Below the pieces are notes generated by a model. It was not told where the DNA came from. It saw only the letters and a program-made list of their open reading frames with translations, and did not search any database. Position numbers and translations under genes: made by a program. A stretch of DNA of 64,000 bases from Neocallimastix sp. 'constans' (lineage: Eukaryota). The stretch is from positions 496,001 to 560,000 of the forward strand of contig JBODTK010000106.1 in NCBI GenBank assembly GCA_050613775.1, written 5' to 3'. How positions within the stretch are numbered: position 1 is the stretch's first letter; every line of letters begins with the position of its first letter. This document shows positions 1 to 15,621 of the stretch, in pieces.

Positions 1-10
1 GTTTCAAAGA

Positions 11-2425
<2,415 letters not shown>

Positions 2426-3984
2426 TATAACAAAATATTATAATAAATATAATAACACTCAAAAAAACAAAAATTATTTTATTTTTTATTTATTTTTTTT
2501 TTTTTTTGTTATAATTATTTTATTAATTATATTTATTATAATACTATAAGCCGCAAGGGTTGATATAGTATTAATATTAAAAAAAGTTTTATTAAAAAAT
2601 TAAGTTTTATTAACTAAACAAAATTAAAATAAAAAACACAAAGAAAAGAATATTTGTTAATAAGAATTTTACTCATATTTATATTTTTTTCAAAAGTTAA
2701 AGTTATTAAAAAATAAAAATAAAAGTTTCTAAAAAGTTCTTAAAAATCGAAAAATTTAGAAAAAATAGAAAACAATAGAATTAAGAATTTAATAGAATAA
2801 ATTTTAATTAATTAAACACAAGAATTATCAAGAAATTCTAGTAATTTTTTGAACTATAAAGAATCTTCTAGATATTTTTTAGAATAAAACTATAAAATAA
2901 TAATAAATGTGAATCGAACCCTAAGTAGTTTGATTCATGGTATTAGTTACTAACAACTATACCAGAAATAATATTTTTTAAATTTATGATAAATAACAAA
3001 ATTATTAAATTAAAATAAATAATAAAAAAACAAATTCTGTCTAACTTAACCCAAAAATTAATCCATTCTAAACAAAAAATTAAATCCATATTTAAGAAAA
3101 ATTAATTAAATAAAGATAATTAAAATAAAATAATAATAAATTAATTAATCATTAATAATTTTAATTAAAAACTAAAATAAATTAATAAATAATATTTTTC
3201 TAAAACAACAAATAAACAAAATAATAAACATATTTAATAAATTATAAACAACAAATAAACAAACTTATAAACAACGCAAAATTAAAATTAAATAGTTAAA
3301 TAATTTTTTAAGTTACTTTTATTTAAAATAATGATTATTTTATTTATTTTATAACTCAACTTTTATAAACAAATTGTAATTAAAATAACATTTTAAAACT
3401 CATCTTTATCAACATTTTAATTGTAAATATTGTTTAATTTAATAATAAATTATTCTTTATTTCTCTTTTATTAATTTTATTATTTTTAATGTAAATAGTT
3501 TAAAATCAAAGAAAAATATAAAAACATGTAAATATTTCTTACAAATTATTCTTTATTATTAATTAGTTAATAAATTATTATAAATATTTTATTAGTTATT
3601 AATAATCAATTTTATTATTAAAATTTAAAATAAATTAGTATAAATAATAAATATTTCATTTTATTATTTTATTAGTTTTTAACAATTATTTTATTAATTT
3701 AAACAAAATTAATTATTAAATAAATAAAGATTAATATTAAAATAAAAATAAATTTTTTTTAATAAAACATTTTTGTGTTTAATAATAAAACATATTTATT
3801 TTTTTTAAATTTCTTAAATCAATTTTATTCAGTATTTATCCTTTTATTCACTTCTACAAAATTTAATTTTTGTAGATTAAGAATATTAGGTATAAATCAT
3901 TTAATTATTTGTTTTAAAACTTTATTGAAAAATAATACTAAATATTAAAATAATAAAATAATTGTAATTATTAATTCTGTTATA
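2426..3984 (-). repeat. 3' LTR of outer Gypsy (1559 bp, including an extra ~913-bp block)
   Basis: Matches 13933-14554 apart from a 19-bp and a ~917-bp segment present only here. Confidence 0.93.
2911..2964 (-). promoter_or_regulatory. tRNA-like A-box/B-box module in outer 3' LTR
   Basis: Minus strand TGGTATAGTTG...GGTTCGATTC, starts 44 nt apart. The 5' LTR keeps only the B-box (14417-14426). Confidence 0.7.
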
Positions 3985-3994
3985 ACTCTCTCCC

Positions 3995-6472
3995 TTAGAG
4001 ACGGATTCCAGACGTCTTAGGTTTTGGTTTATTTGGAAACTTCTTGTGGAATTCGGCAAGAAGTTTATTGCAATGAAGATTCTCAAAAGGTTCCCATGAG
4101 TTTTCAGAATCATCATAACCTTTCCAATGAATTAAATATTTAATTTTGTTATGAAATTTCTTTGAATCAAGAATAGATTCAACCTCATATTCTTTTTCTC
4201 CATTAAGTATAATAGGTTTTGGAGTTGGGATATTTCTTTCTGTAAATTCATTTTCATAGGCTGGCTCAAGAAGTGAAACGTGGAAAACTGGAAAGACCCT
4301 AAAAGAGTTTGGTAACTTTAATTTATAACTTACATCTGAAATTTTCTTTAAAATAGTAAATGGACCAGATTTCTTAGGAGCAAGTTTACCTTTTTTATTA
4401 TTTATTAAATCATTCCTTAACAGCCAAACTTTTGAGCCAACTTTAAACTCAGGCGGAGACATATGTTTATCATCATAATATTTTTTTTGAAAATTAACTG
4501 CACTTTGAAGATTTTCTTTAAGTACATTTCTTAATTCTTTTAGGTCTTTAGCAATAATTTCAGCACGAGGGACAATAGAAACATCTGGAGTAGAAGGATC
4601 AAATTTAGGATTGAACCCATAATTAAGAAAGAAAGGAGTAGCATTTGCAGATTCTTGTATTGTGTTATTGTAAGCAAATTCTGCAAGAGATAAATATTCC
4701 ATCCAATTATTTTGTTGATAATTAACATAACATCTTAAGTATTGTTCAAGTATTACGTTTACCCTCTCCGTTTGACCATTAGTTTGCTGATGATGAGCAG
4801 ATGATAAACAAAGATCAACATGAAGTAAATTAAATAATCTATTCCAAAATTTAGAAGTAAACTGAGTACCTCTATCCGACACAATATCCTTTGGCAGACC
4901 ATGAAGTTTGAAAATAGAATTAAGAAATTGTTCAGCACAATCCTCAGCAGAGGGAACTGATTTAAAGGGAACAAAATGAGCCATCTTCGTAAAGCGATCA
5001 ACTACGACAAGAATACAAGACATACCATTGGAAGAGGGAAGATCTGTTATAAAATCCATTGAAATTGATTCCCAAGGATTATTGCCAATGGGTAAAGATT
5101 TAAGTAAACCGTAAGGTTTATGACGAGGAGCTTTTGAAGCGCAGCACACATTACAAGTACGAATATATTTTTTAATATCCTTATGCATACCAGGCCACCA
5201 ATAATTTCTAGAAACTAAGTCAGAGGTTTTATTTATGCCAAAGTGGCCAGCAGTAGGAGAATCGTTACAAGAACAAAGAATTTTAAATCTAAGGCATTCA
5301 GGAATATAAATAAGATTGTCATATAAAAGAATACCATTGGAGAACGAAAGGAGATCAACCGAAGCAATGGGTTTCTCATTAGCAGAAGGCTTTTCAAAAT
5401 ATATCTTAACATTATTAAAGAAAGGATCCTTGGAGTAACACTTTTTAATTTCATCTTGTAGATTTGATTCAATAGAGATACTTGAAGTAAAACAAAAATT
5501 TTCCGGTTTAAGTACTTGGTAAGGTTTAGCAGGTTCATGATTATCATAATCAGGACGGCGAGATAAAGCATCTGGCTTACCACCGCGAGAACCTGGACGA
5601 TACTCAATTTGAAAGTCAAATCGAGTAAAGAACATTGACCATCTAATTAAACGTTGTGAAAGCTGTTCTGGTTTCTTAAAGTAGAGTAGATTTCTATGAT
5701 CAGTAAGAACTTTAATAGTATTCTTAGCGCCTTCTAAATAGTACCTCCAAGTTTCAAAAGCAGTCTTAATAGCAAGTAACTCTTTATCATAAATTGGATA
5801 ATTGCATTCAGCAGAGGTAAAAGCTCTAGAATAGAAAGCAATTGGATGAAGCTTATTATCTTTAAAGCTAACTTGGGATAAAATACATCCAAGCGCAAAA
5901 TTACTTGCATCCGTTTCAACAAAAAATTGAGAATTAGGATCAGCAGGAATAAGGATAGGAGCAGAAGTAAAAGAACGTTTAAGAAGTTCAAAGGAGTCAT
6001 TAGCATCTTTTGACCAAACAAAAGGAACATTTTTTCTTGTAAGTTTATTAAGAGGATAAGCAATTTTAGCAAAATTTTTTATAAAGCGTCTGTAGAAATT
6101 GGCTAGGCCAAGAAACGATTGAACTTCTTTAACTGTAGTTGGAGCAGGCCAATCTAAAATAGCTGAGACTTTCTTAATATCCATCTTAAGACCATCTGAA
6201 GATACATAATATCCTAAAAATTTAACTTCGAACTTATCAAACTCACATTTTTCAAGGTTAACATGTAAATGAAATTTCCTAAGTTGTAATAGTACTTTTT
6301 TAACGTGTAAATGATGTTCAGAAAGATCATCAGAAAAAATGATAATATCATCATTATAGGCATAACAAAATTTACCTAAATAGTCACTTAATGCAGTATC
6401 AATCATTCTTTGAAAACAGGCAGGTGCATTCTTGAAACCGAAAGGCATAACTCTAAATTCAAAGTGTCCTAA
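3995..6472 (-). pseudogene. Outer Gypsy RT C-terminus, RNase H, integrase and chromodomain
   Basis: [53 protein letters not shown] motif, chromodomain YEVESILD...YLIHWKGY...SWEP. Confidence 0.95.
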
Positions 6473-6477
6473 GCTAC

Positions 6478-7086
6478 TGTAACGAATCTTAAAAAATTAG
6501 AAATTAGAATGCTGGCATAGTGGTTAGTCACTATGACCTCAGCCTGAACCACTAGGGTTCGACTCACACCTTTACTAAAATTTTATATCATTTAAATTTT
6601 AAAGAATTTTTATACTTCATTTCTGTATTTGTTTCTGTATTTGTTTCTGTATAAATTTCTGAAAAAATTAACAAAAGAAATTCTTAGAAATTAATAGAAA
6701 CAAATCAGATAGAAATTCTATTTTAATTTATCTTTTATCATTATTTCTTTTAGATTCTTTTTAACCGAAAATAATCAATTTTTATGAAACTTTTTAATGA
6801 TTTTATGGTTTTAAATTTTTATGGATTTAAATTTTGAAAAACTATAAATAGGAGTGAATTTCGCAGCCAAAAAAAAAAAAATATTATAAAAATTGTGTTT
6901 TTATTAATTATTAAATTAATTAATAAGTAATTCGAAATATTACAATAATTAATCTTTATAATTAATATTTTTAAATTTCTTAATTAATAAAACTATATTT
7001 TAAAAAACCAAATTACTTATTAATCAAAAAGTGCTTACCTATTGTGTTACACTCTTTAAAACACGGATATTCCAATATTCGTTACA
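6478..7086 (+). repeat. 5' LTR of inner Gypsy
   Basis: TG...CA ends; direct repeat of 10267-10875. Confidence 0.97.
6513..6565 (+). promoter_or_regulatory. tRNA-like Pol III A-box/B-box module in inner 5' LTR
   Basis: A-box TGGCATAGTGG (6513-6523) and B-box GGTTCGACTC (6556-6565), starts 43 nt apart. Confidence 0.75.
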
Positions 7087-7096
7087 ATAAAAACAC
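7086..7096 (+). promoter_or_regulatory. Self-priming PBS of inner Gypsy
   Basis: AATAAAAACAC is the reverse complement of GTGTTTTTATT at 6895-6905, downstream of TATAAATA at 6843-6850. No TGG tRNA-type PBS. Confidence 0.75.
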
Positions 7097-7132
7097 CACT
7101 AAACTAAGCACAATACCTTTGCACTTTTACTC

Positions 7133-7420
7133 TTTTTGGAACCCCGTTAAGGAATCCCATTTTCTACTACTATTTTTGGAACCCCGTTAAGGAATCCCAT
7201 TTTCTACTACTATTTTTGGAACCCCGTTAAGGAATCCCATTTTCTATTACTATTTTTGGAACACCGTTAAGGAATCCCATTTACTACTATTCTTTTTTGG
7301 AACCCCGTTAAGGAATCCCATTCTCTACTACTCTTTTTGGAACCCCGTTAAGGAATCCCATTCTCTATTACTCTTTTTGGAACCCCGTTAAGGAATCCCA
7401 TTTTCTACTATTTTTGAAAC
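7133..7420 (+). repeat. Seven tandem 40-41-bp repeats in inner Gypsy 5' UTR
   Basis: Core GGAACCCCGTTAAGGAATCCCAT at 7138, 7178, 7218, 7258, 7299, 7339 and 7379. Confidence 0.95.
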
Positions 7421-7885
7421 CACTTACCAAGACTATAAATTTTTCTACCAAAATTCATGCATGAATTTATAAATTCAATCGGAACCCTTGAATTTTACTA
7501 TATATTAAAATTATTAATATTTTCAATAATCCATATAACCATCCTTGAAATTAAAATTATTTATATTGAAATTAAATATTTACTTCTTCTAATAATTAAT
7601 TATATTGTATATTTATTATTCAATCAAAATCAATAATTATAATAATTAAAAAAAAAAAAAAAAAAAAATTAGTAATAATTAATAATTAATATTTAATAAT
7701 TAATAATAATAATTAATAATCAATAATTAGTAATAATTAATAATAATAATTAATAATAATTAGTAATAATCAATATTTAATAATTAATAATAATTAATAA
7801 TTAATAATAATAATTAATAATAATTAGTAATAATCAATATTTAATAATTAATAATAATTAATAATTAATAATTAATAATTAGTAA

Positions 7886-9943
<2,058 letters not shown>

Positions 9944-10012
9944 ATATAAATCATTTAATCAAAAATAAATTTTATTTCATCAAAATACTATTAATCATTC
10001 TAACTTATGATT

Positions 10013-10046
<34 letters not shown>

Positions 10047-10266
10047 ATTTTATATTATTCAAAAACATTTATTCTAGATAGTTTTATTTTTATACTTTAT
10101 TTTTAAAACTTAAAATTCATGTAATTTTTATTATCCAATGTATTAATTAAATTATCACTCTTATAAGTATTTTAGTTATAGTTTATTATTATAAAAGTTA
10201 GAATTAGAAATAGTTTAGATTTAAAGTAAAAGATTCGTCTGGCATCCGAATCCTAGAGGAGGACCA

Positions 10267-10875
10267 TGTAACGAATCTTAAAAAATTAGAAATTAGAATG
10301 CTGGCATAGTGGTTAGTCACTATGACCTCAGCCTGAACCACTAGGGTTCGACTCACACCTTTACTAAAATTTTATATCATTTAAATTTTAAAGAATTTTT
10401 ATACTTCATTTCTGTATTTGTTTCTGTATTTGTTTCTGTATAAATTTCTGAAAAAATTAACAAAAGAAATTCTTAGAAATTAATAGAAACAAATCAGATA
10501 GAAATTTTATTTTAATTTATCTTTTATCATTATTTCTTTTAGATTCTTTTTAACCGAAAATAATCAATTTTTATGAAACTTTTTAATGATTTTATGGTTT
10601 TAAATTTTTATGGATTTAAATTTTGAAAAACTATAAATAGGAGTGAATTTCGCAGCCAAAAAAAAAAAAATATTATAAAAATTGTGTTTTTATTAATTAT
10701 TAAATTAATTAATAAGTAATTCGAAATATTACAATAATTAATCTTTATAATTAATATTTTTAAATTTCTTAATTAATAAAACTATATTTTAAAAAACCAA
10801 ATTACTTATTAATCAAAAAGTGCTTACCTATTGTGTTACACTCTTTAAAACACGGATATTCCAATATTCGTTACA
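10267..10875 (+). repeat. 3' LTR of inner Gypsy
   Basis: TG...CA ends; direct repeat of 6478-7086. Confidence 0.97.
10302..10354 (+). promoter_or_regulatory. tRNA-like Pol III A-box/B-box module in inner 3' LTR
   Basis: Identical copy of 6513-6565. Confidence 0.75.
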
Positions 10876-12726
10876 GCTACATACAAAAGCTGTTTTGTAT
10901 TCATCTCCAGACCTGATACGAATTTGGAAGTAAGCAGATTTTAAATCAAGCTTTGAGTAATACTTATGACCAGGAGCTTTATTAAAAATAACAGTTGTTA
11001 AAGGCATAGGATAACTATCTCTAATGGTGATTTCATTAAGTTTCCTAAGATCAATACACATACGTAACTCACCATTATCTTTTGGAGCAAATAAAATTGG
11101 ATGACCAGCTTCTGATTTTGACCTAACAATAAAACCGTATTTTAAATAGTCTTTAATAATTTTTTCTAAAGCTATTTCTTCGGGAATTGTAAGGGGATAA
11201 ATTGCACTATAATATAACTTAGTATTAGGTTTAAGGTCAATAGCACAATCAAAACTAGAATGAGGAGGTAAGATTTTAGCTTCTTCTTCACTAAATACAT
11301 CAGAGAATTCTAGATAAATGGCGGGAAGTGTTTTATTTGGAGTATCCATGTTTGGGGAAGAGGCAATTGAATTCTTCAACACTGAAGGAGAAATAGAAGA
11401 ATTATCAAACAAAGAATTATTAGGGGTGCATGAACTGGAATAGGTTGGTTTCGAAGAGATAGAGTCGGAAGTATTCGAAGTAAGAGAAAGTGAAGTAGAG
11501 TTAACCGAGGTCGAAGGTACTGATTCAACAAAGGAAGAATCTGACGCATTGTTATTACTATTGCAAAAGCTTAAAATATTATTGTTGAAATCAATTGATG
11601 ATTTATTTTCTTTAAGAAATCTAGAACCAATTAAGCACTCAAATTTGTCGTTCAAATCAATAACAAAAAATTCTGTTAAGACCTGAAGGTTACTAACTTT
11701 AAATAATATTGGTATAGTTTTACCAACAACGTCTTTGCCACCACCAATACCAGTAATGTTATCAGCTTCTAAATTATCATGTACAAGCTTAAAATTATTA
11801 ATTTTAGCAAAATTACTATCCATAAGATTCAAGTCGGAGCCGGAATCTATAAGAGCCTTAGCTTTAATCCATTTATTTTTGTAGTTAAAGGAACACTTAA
11901 TAATACAATCTTTATTAAATTTCTTAGAAGAATTAGATCTAGCCATATGGGAGGAGCCAGGTTTATTTGCTCTCTTTGGACAATTTATTAACTTATGGCC
12001 TGATTGTCCACAATATAGACAAAGCCCTTCTTTAATTCTTCTTGCTCTTTCTTCAGGGGATAAATGAGAGTAATATGAATCATTATTTGATTTGAAAAAA
12101 GAATTTGAATTGGCGTTTCTATTATTACTAGAGTTAAATCTAAAATACTTCCTATTATTACGAGAATTATTATTATTATTACTGTTATTTCTAGAATTGT
12201 AATTGTTGATCGTTGCGAATCGAGTCATTTGATGATCTATACGATTGGTAATTCGCATTAGTTCACTTAATTTGGCAGGAGGAGGGAACAAACTAATTAC
12301 TCTTTCTTGAAGTCTTGGTAGCAATCCTTCAATATAAACATCCATTAAGGCAAATTCATTCCAGTCCGTTTTTTCCGAAAGCCTACGGAATTCATTATTG
12401 TAATCAGTGACTTTACCATATGCTTTTTGCTTAATATGCATAAGAGCTTGATTACAATTAAAAACTGCATCTACGTCACTGAATCTATCCTTCATAAGTT
12501 CAATGAAAGCGTTAAAATCGTCAAGGACTGGGTTATTTTCATTCATCAAGTCTGCAGCCCAATCCATAGCTTCATCTCTTAACAAAGTGATGGTATAAGC
12601 TACTTTTAACGGATCATTGGTGAAATATTCAGGACGAAGAGCAATGGCTAACCCAACATAAGCTAAAAATCCCTTGAGCTTAGCTGAATCGCCATTAAAA
12701 TGAAAATCGTTTGATGAAGAAGACAT
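10876..12726 (-). pseudogene. Outer Gypsy gag-protease-RT N-terminal part
   Basis: Retrotransposon gag; CCHC knuckle CLYCGQSGHKLINC; protease LIDSGS; RT LRMCIDLRKLN, KLDLKSAYFQIRI, KTAFVCS. Continues in frame as [12 protein letters not shown] beyond the inner insertion. Confidence 0.95.
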
Positions 12727-12908
12727 TGAAAGAATTATTAAATTATAAACAAGTTTAAGAATTGCAATAGGAAGATTTATTTAATATTATCACTATTATT
12801 ATTATTTTTTTTTTTTTTTTTTTTTTTTTAGTGCTCCCGAATGAAAATTGTAATGATAAAGAATTATAAATTATTATTTTTCTAGGCGTTTAGTTTAATT
12901 GCTGATTT

Positions 12909-12947
<39 letters not shown>

Positions 12948-13921
12948 ATTTGGTAAATATAATAACTAGACTAAATTTCACTCTTTTATGCCTTACAACA
13001 AAATAAAAAACCGGCAAGAGTTACTAACTAGAGGTATATACTAGACCTCAAAATAAAAAATTATAAACTATATATTTTAAAGTCGCTTTACCTTCACGAC
13101 CAACCTATAGCCTTCGGTGACTATAGTTCCTTATTCGCCAGAGCTTATTCGAATAGAGCAACCACCGAACTGTTGAAGTTGGTTGGTAGGATGTGGCTTT
13201 CGTTTAATCCACACGCTCTTCACGCCCTAGGGTTTTGAAGCCCGTTTATATTCGAATAATTAACGGCTATAGTTTCTAACCTACTGAAACTAGTTACTAA
13301 CCGCCGAAACTCTGTTTATGAGCTCTAATCGCTCCTAGTATATTTAAATATTATATTTACCTGTAATATTCTTTAAAAAGTCTCAAGAACTGTAGAACTT
13401 CTTAAAGAATTTTTTATATCAAAAAAAATTTTTTTTTTTTTTTCGCCTAGATAGATTTTGGTATAATTGTGAGTATGCTATTAATACCAAAAACCGAGAA
13501 TTTTATTTTTTAAAGAAAAAAAAAGTAGATTCAAGAAGCAAGGCTGAACCCAAAGAAGATATCAGAGACTAAGAGAAGAAGAGATTTTGTCCAAAAGTAG
13601 AAACCAAGAATCAGAAACCCGAAACCAATGGAAACAAAAACCAAGTCCAAAACTAAGAAATCTGAAACCAATGGAAACAGAAACCAAGACCAAAAATAAG
13701 AAATCCAAGGCAAACAGAAAGAATCTAACCAAAAGTGGAAACCTGAAGCCAATAAGATAAGTAGCCAAACAGAAACCAAAAACAAAGGAAACAGAAAATC
13801 CGAGAGATTCAAAAAATAAAGTCCAAAAAGAAAACAAAAAGACAGTAGACACTAATTCCAAAAGAAAGCTTCAAACCAAACAAAAGGGTAGATATATCAA
13901 GGCACGGCGTCTAAATCTTGG

Positions 13922-13933
13922 GTGTTTTTTATT
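13922..13933 (-). promoter_or_regulatory. Self-priming PBS of outer Gypsy
   Basis: Minus AATAAAAAACAC is complementary to minus GTGTTTTTTATT at 14145-14134, downstream of TATAAATA (14189-14182). Confidence 0.75.
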
Positions 13934-14554
13934 ATAACAAAATATTATAATAAATATAATAACACTCAAAAAAACAAAAATTATTTTATTTTTTATTTAT
14001 TTTTTTTTCTTTTATTATAATTATTTTATTAATTATATTTATTATAATACTATAAGCCGCAAGGGTTGATATAGTATTAATATTAAAAAAAGTTTTATTA
14101 AAAAATTAAGTTTTATTAACTAAACAAAATTAAAATAAAAAACACAAAGAAAAGAATATTTGTTAATAAGAATTTTACTCATATTTATATTTTTTTCAAA
14201 AGTTAAAGTTATTAAAAAATAAAAATAAAAGTTTCTAAAAAGTTCTTAAAAATCGAAAAATTTAGAAAAAATAGAAAACAATAGAATTAAGAATTTAATA
14301 GAATAAATTTTAATTAATTAAACACAAGAATTATCAAGAAATTCTAGTAATTTTTTGAACTATAAAGAATCTTCTAGATATTTTTTAGAATAAAACTATA
14401 AAATAATAATAAAGGTGAATCGAACCCTAAGTAGTTTGATTCATGGTATTAGAAATAATATTTTTTAAATTTAATTATTTGTTTTAAAACTTTATTGAAA
14501 AATAATACTAAATATTAAAATAATAAAATAATTGTAATTATTAATTCTGTTATA
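13933..14554 (-). repeat. 5' LTR of outer Gypsy (622 bp)
   Basis: Direct repeat of the ends of 2426-3984; adjacent to the PBS. Confidence 0.93.
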
Positions 14555-14559
14555 TTTAC

Positions 14560-15501
14560 TAACATTATATGTAGATGATATTTTAATAACAGGAATTAAA
14601 AATGAAATAAACTATACAGTAAACAAATTAAAAGATAAATATAAAATTACTAGAGATTCTAATGCAACTAAAATAATAGGTATAAATATTTATAAAACAA
14701 GTGACGGTTATAAAATAAATCAGATAGATTATATTAATAAAATAATAGAAAAATATAATATGAAGAAAACAAAACAAATAAAAACCCCATGCAGGAAAAT
14801 TACAGATTACAGAATATGAAAGAAATAATTCAAATTTAATAGATCCAAAAAAATATAAATCTTTACTTGGTGCATTACTATATATCGCTGTAAAGTCAAG
14901 GCTTGATATAATGTTTTCTGTAAGTGAAGCCTCAAGAATATGTGAAAATCCAACAGAAGCTGATTATAAAAATTTAATGAACATCTTACAATATTTAAAA
15001 GGTACAAAAAATAAATCTATACATTATAATAAAAATAATAAATTTATCGGATACTCAGATTCAGATTTTGCTAACGATGAAAAGACGAGAAGATCTACAA
15101 GTGGATATATATTTTTATTTGGAAAAAGCCCTATTTCATGGAAATCTCAGTTACAGAAAAACGTAACTTTATCTACTGCTGAAGCTGAATTTGTTAGTTT
15201 AACTGAATGTACTAAACAAGCTTTATAGTTCAAAAATTTATTTAAGGAAATATTTAATCAAGATATAAAATTTAAAATTATGGTAGATAATAAAGCATGC
15301 ATTGCAATTGCTCAAGATACAAATTCTAAAGGAAGATGTAAACATATAGACTTAAGATATAAATTTATTCAAGAAGAAATTATGAAAAACGAAATTGAAT
15401 TAGAATACATTAATACTGAAAACATGTTAGCTGATCCATTAACTAAAAGTATCTCAGGAGTACAAATGACAAAATTTACAAATTTAATTTTCAAAGAATA
15501 A
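14560..15501 (+). pseudogene. Copia RT C-terminus and RNase H remnant
   Basis: YVDD, YKSLLGALLY, RRSTSGYIF, KHIDLRY, ADPLTK; frameshift near 14805 and stop at 15226-15228. Confidence 0.9.
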
Positions 15502-15522
15502 TATTTCTTTAATTGTATATAA

Positions 15523-15565
<43 letters not shown>

Positions 15566-15621
15566 AAAAAAAACTTGTATATAATAATTAAAATATTTTA
15601 TAATACTTAATGTAGGGGGAA

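Noticed and set aside
1..10. GTTTCAAAGA as a half-tRNA PBS of Copia-1
   Set aside because: Truncated by the window edge with no LTR boundary visible, so it cannot be assigned.
6505..6580. Functional tRNA gene in the LTR
   Set aside because: A and B boxes are present, but I cannot fold an acceptor stem or canonical anticodon arm; reported as a tRNA-like module.
7133..7420. CRISPR-like array
   Set aside because: Linkers are near-identical rather than unique spacers, there are no cas genes, and it lies in a retrotransposon UTR.
10828..10875. C-terminal tail CNEYWNIRVLKSVTQ of the 632-aa ORF
   Set aside because: Read-through into the inserted LTR; the true frame resumes at 6472.
13531..13861. 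Hydrophobic ORFs resembling a membrane or env-like protein
   Set aside because: They are translations of a pyrimidine-rich GAAACCAA-type degenerate repeat in the 5' UTR, with non-ATG starts.
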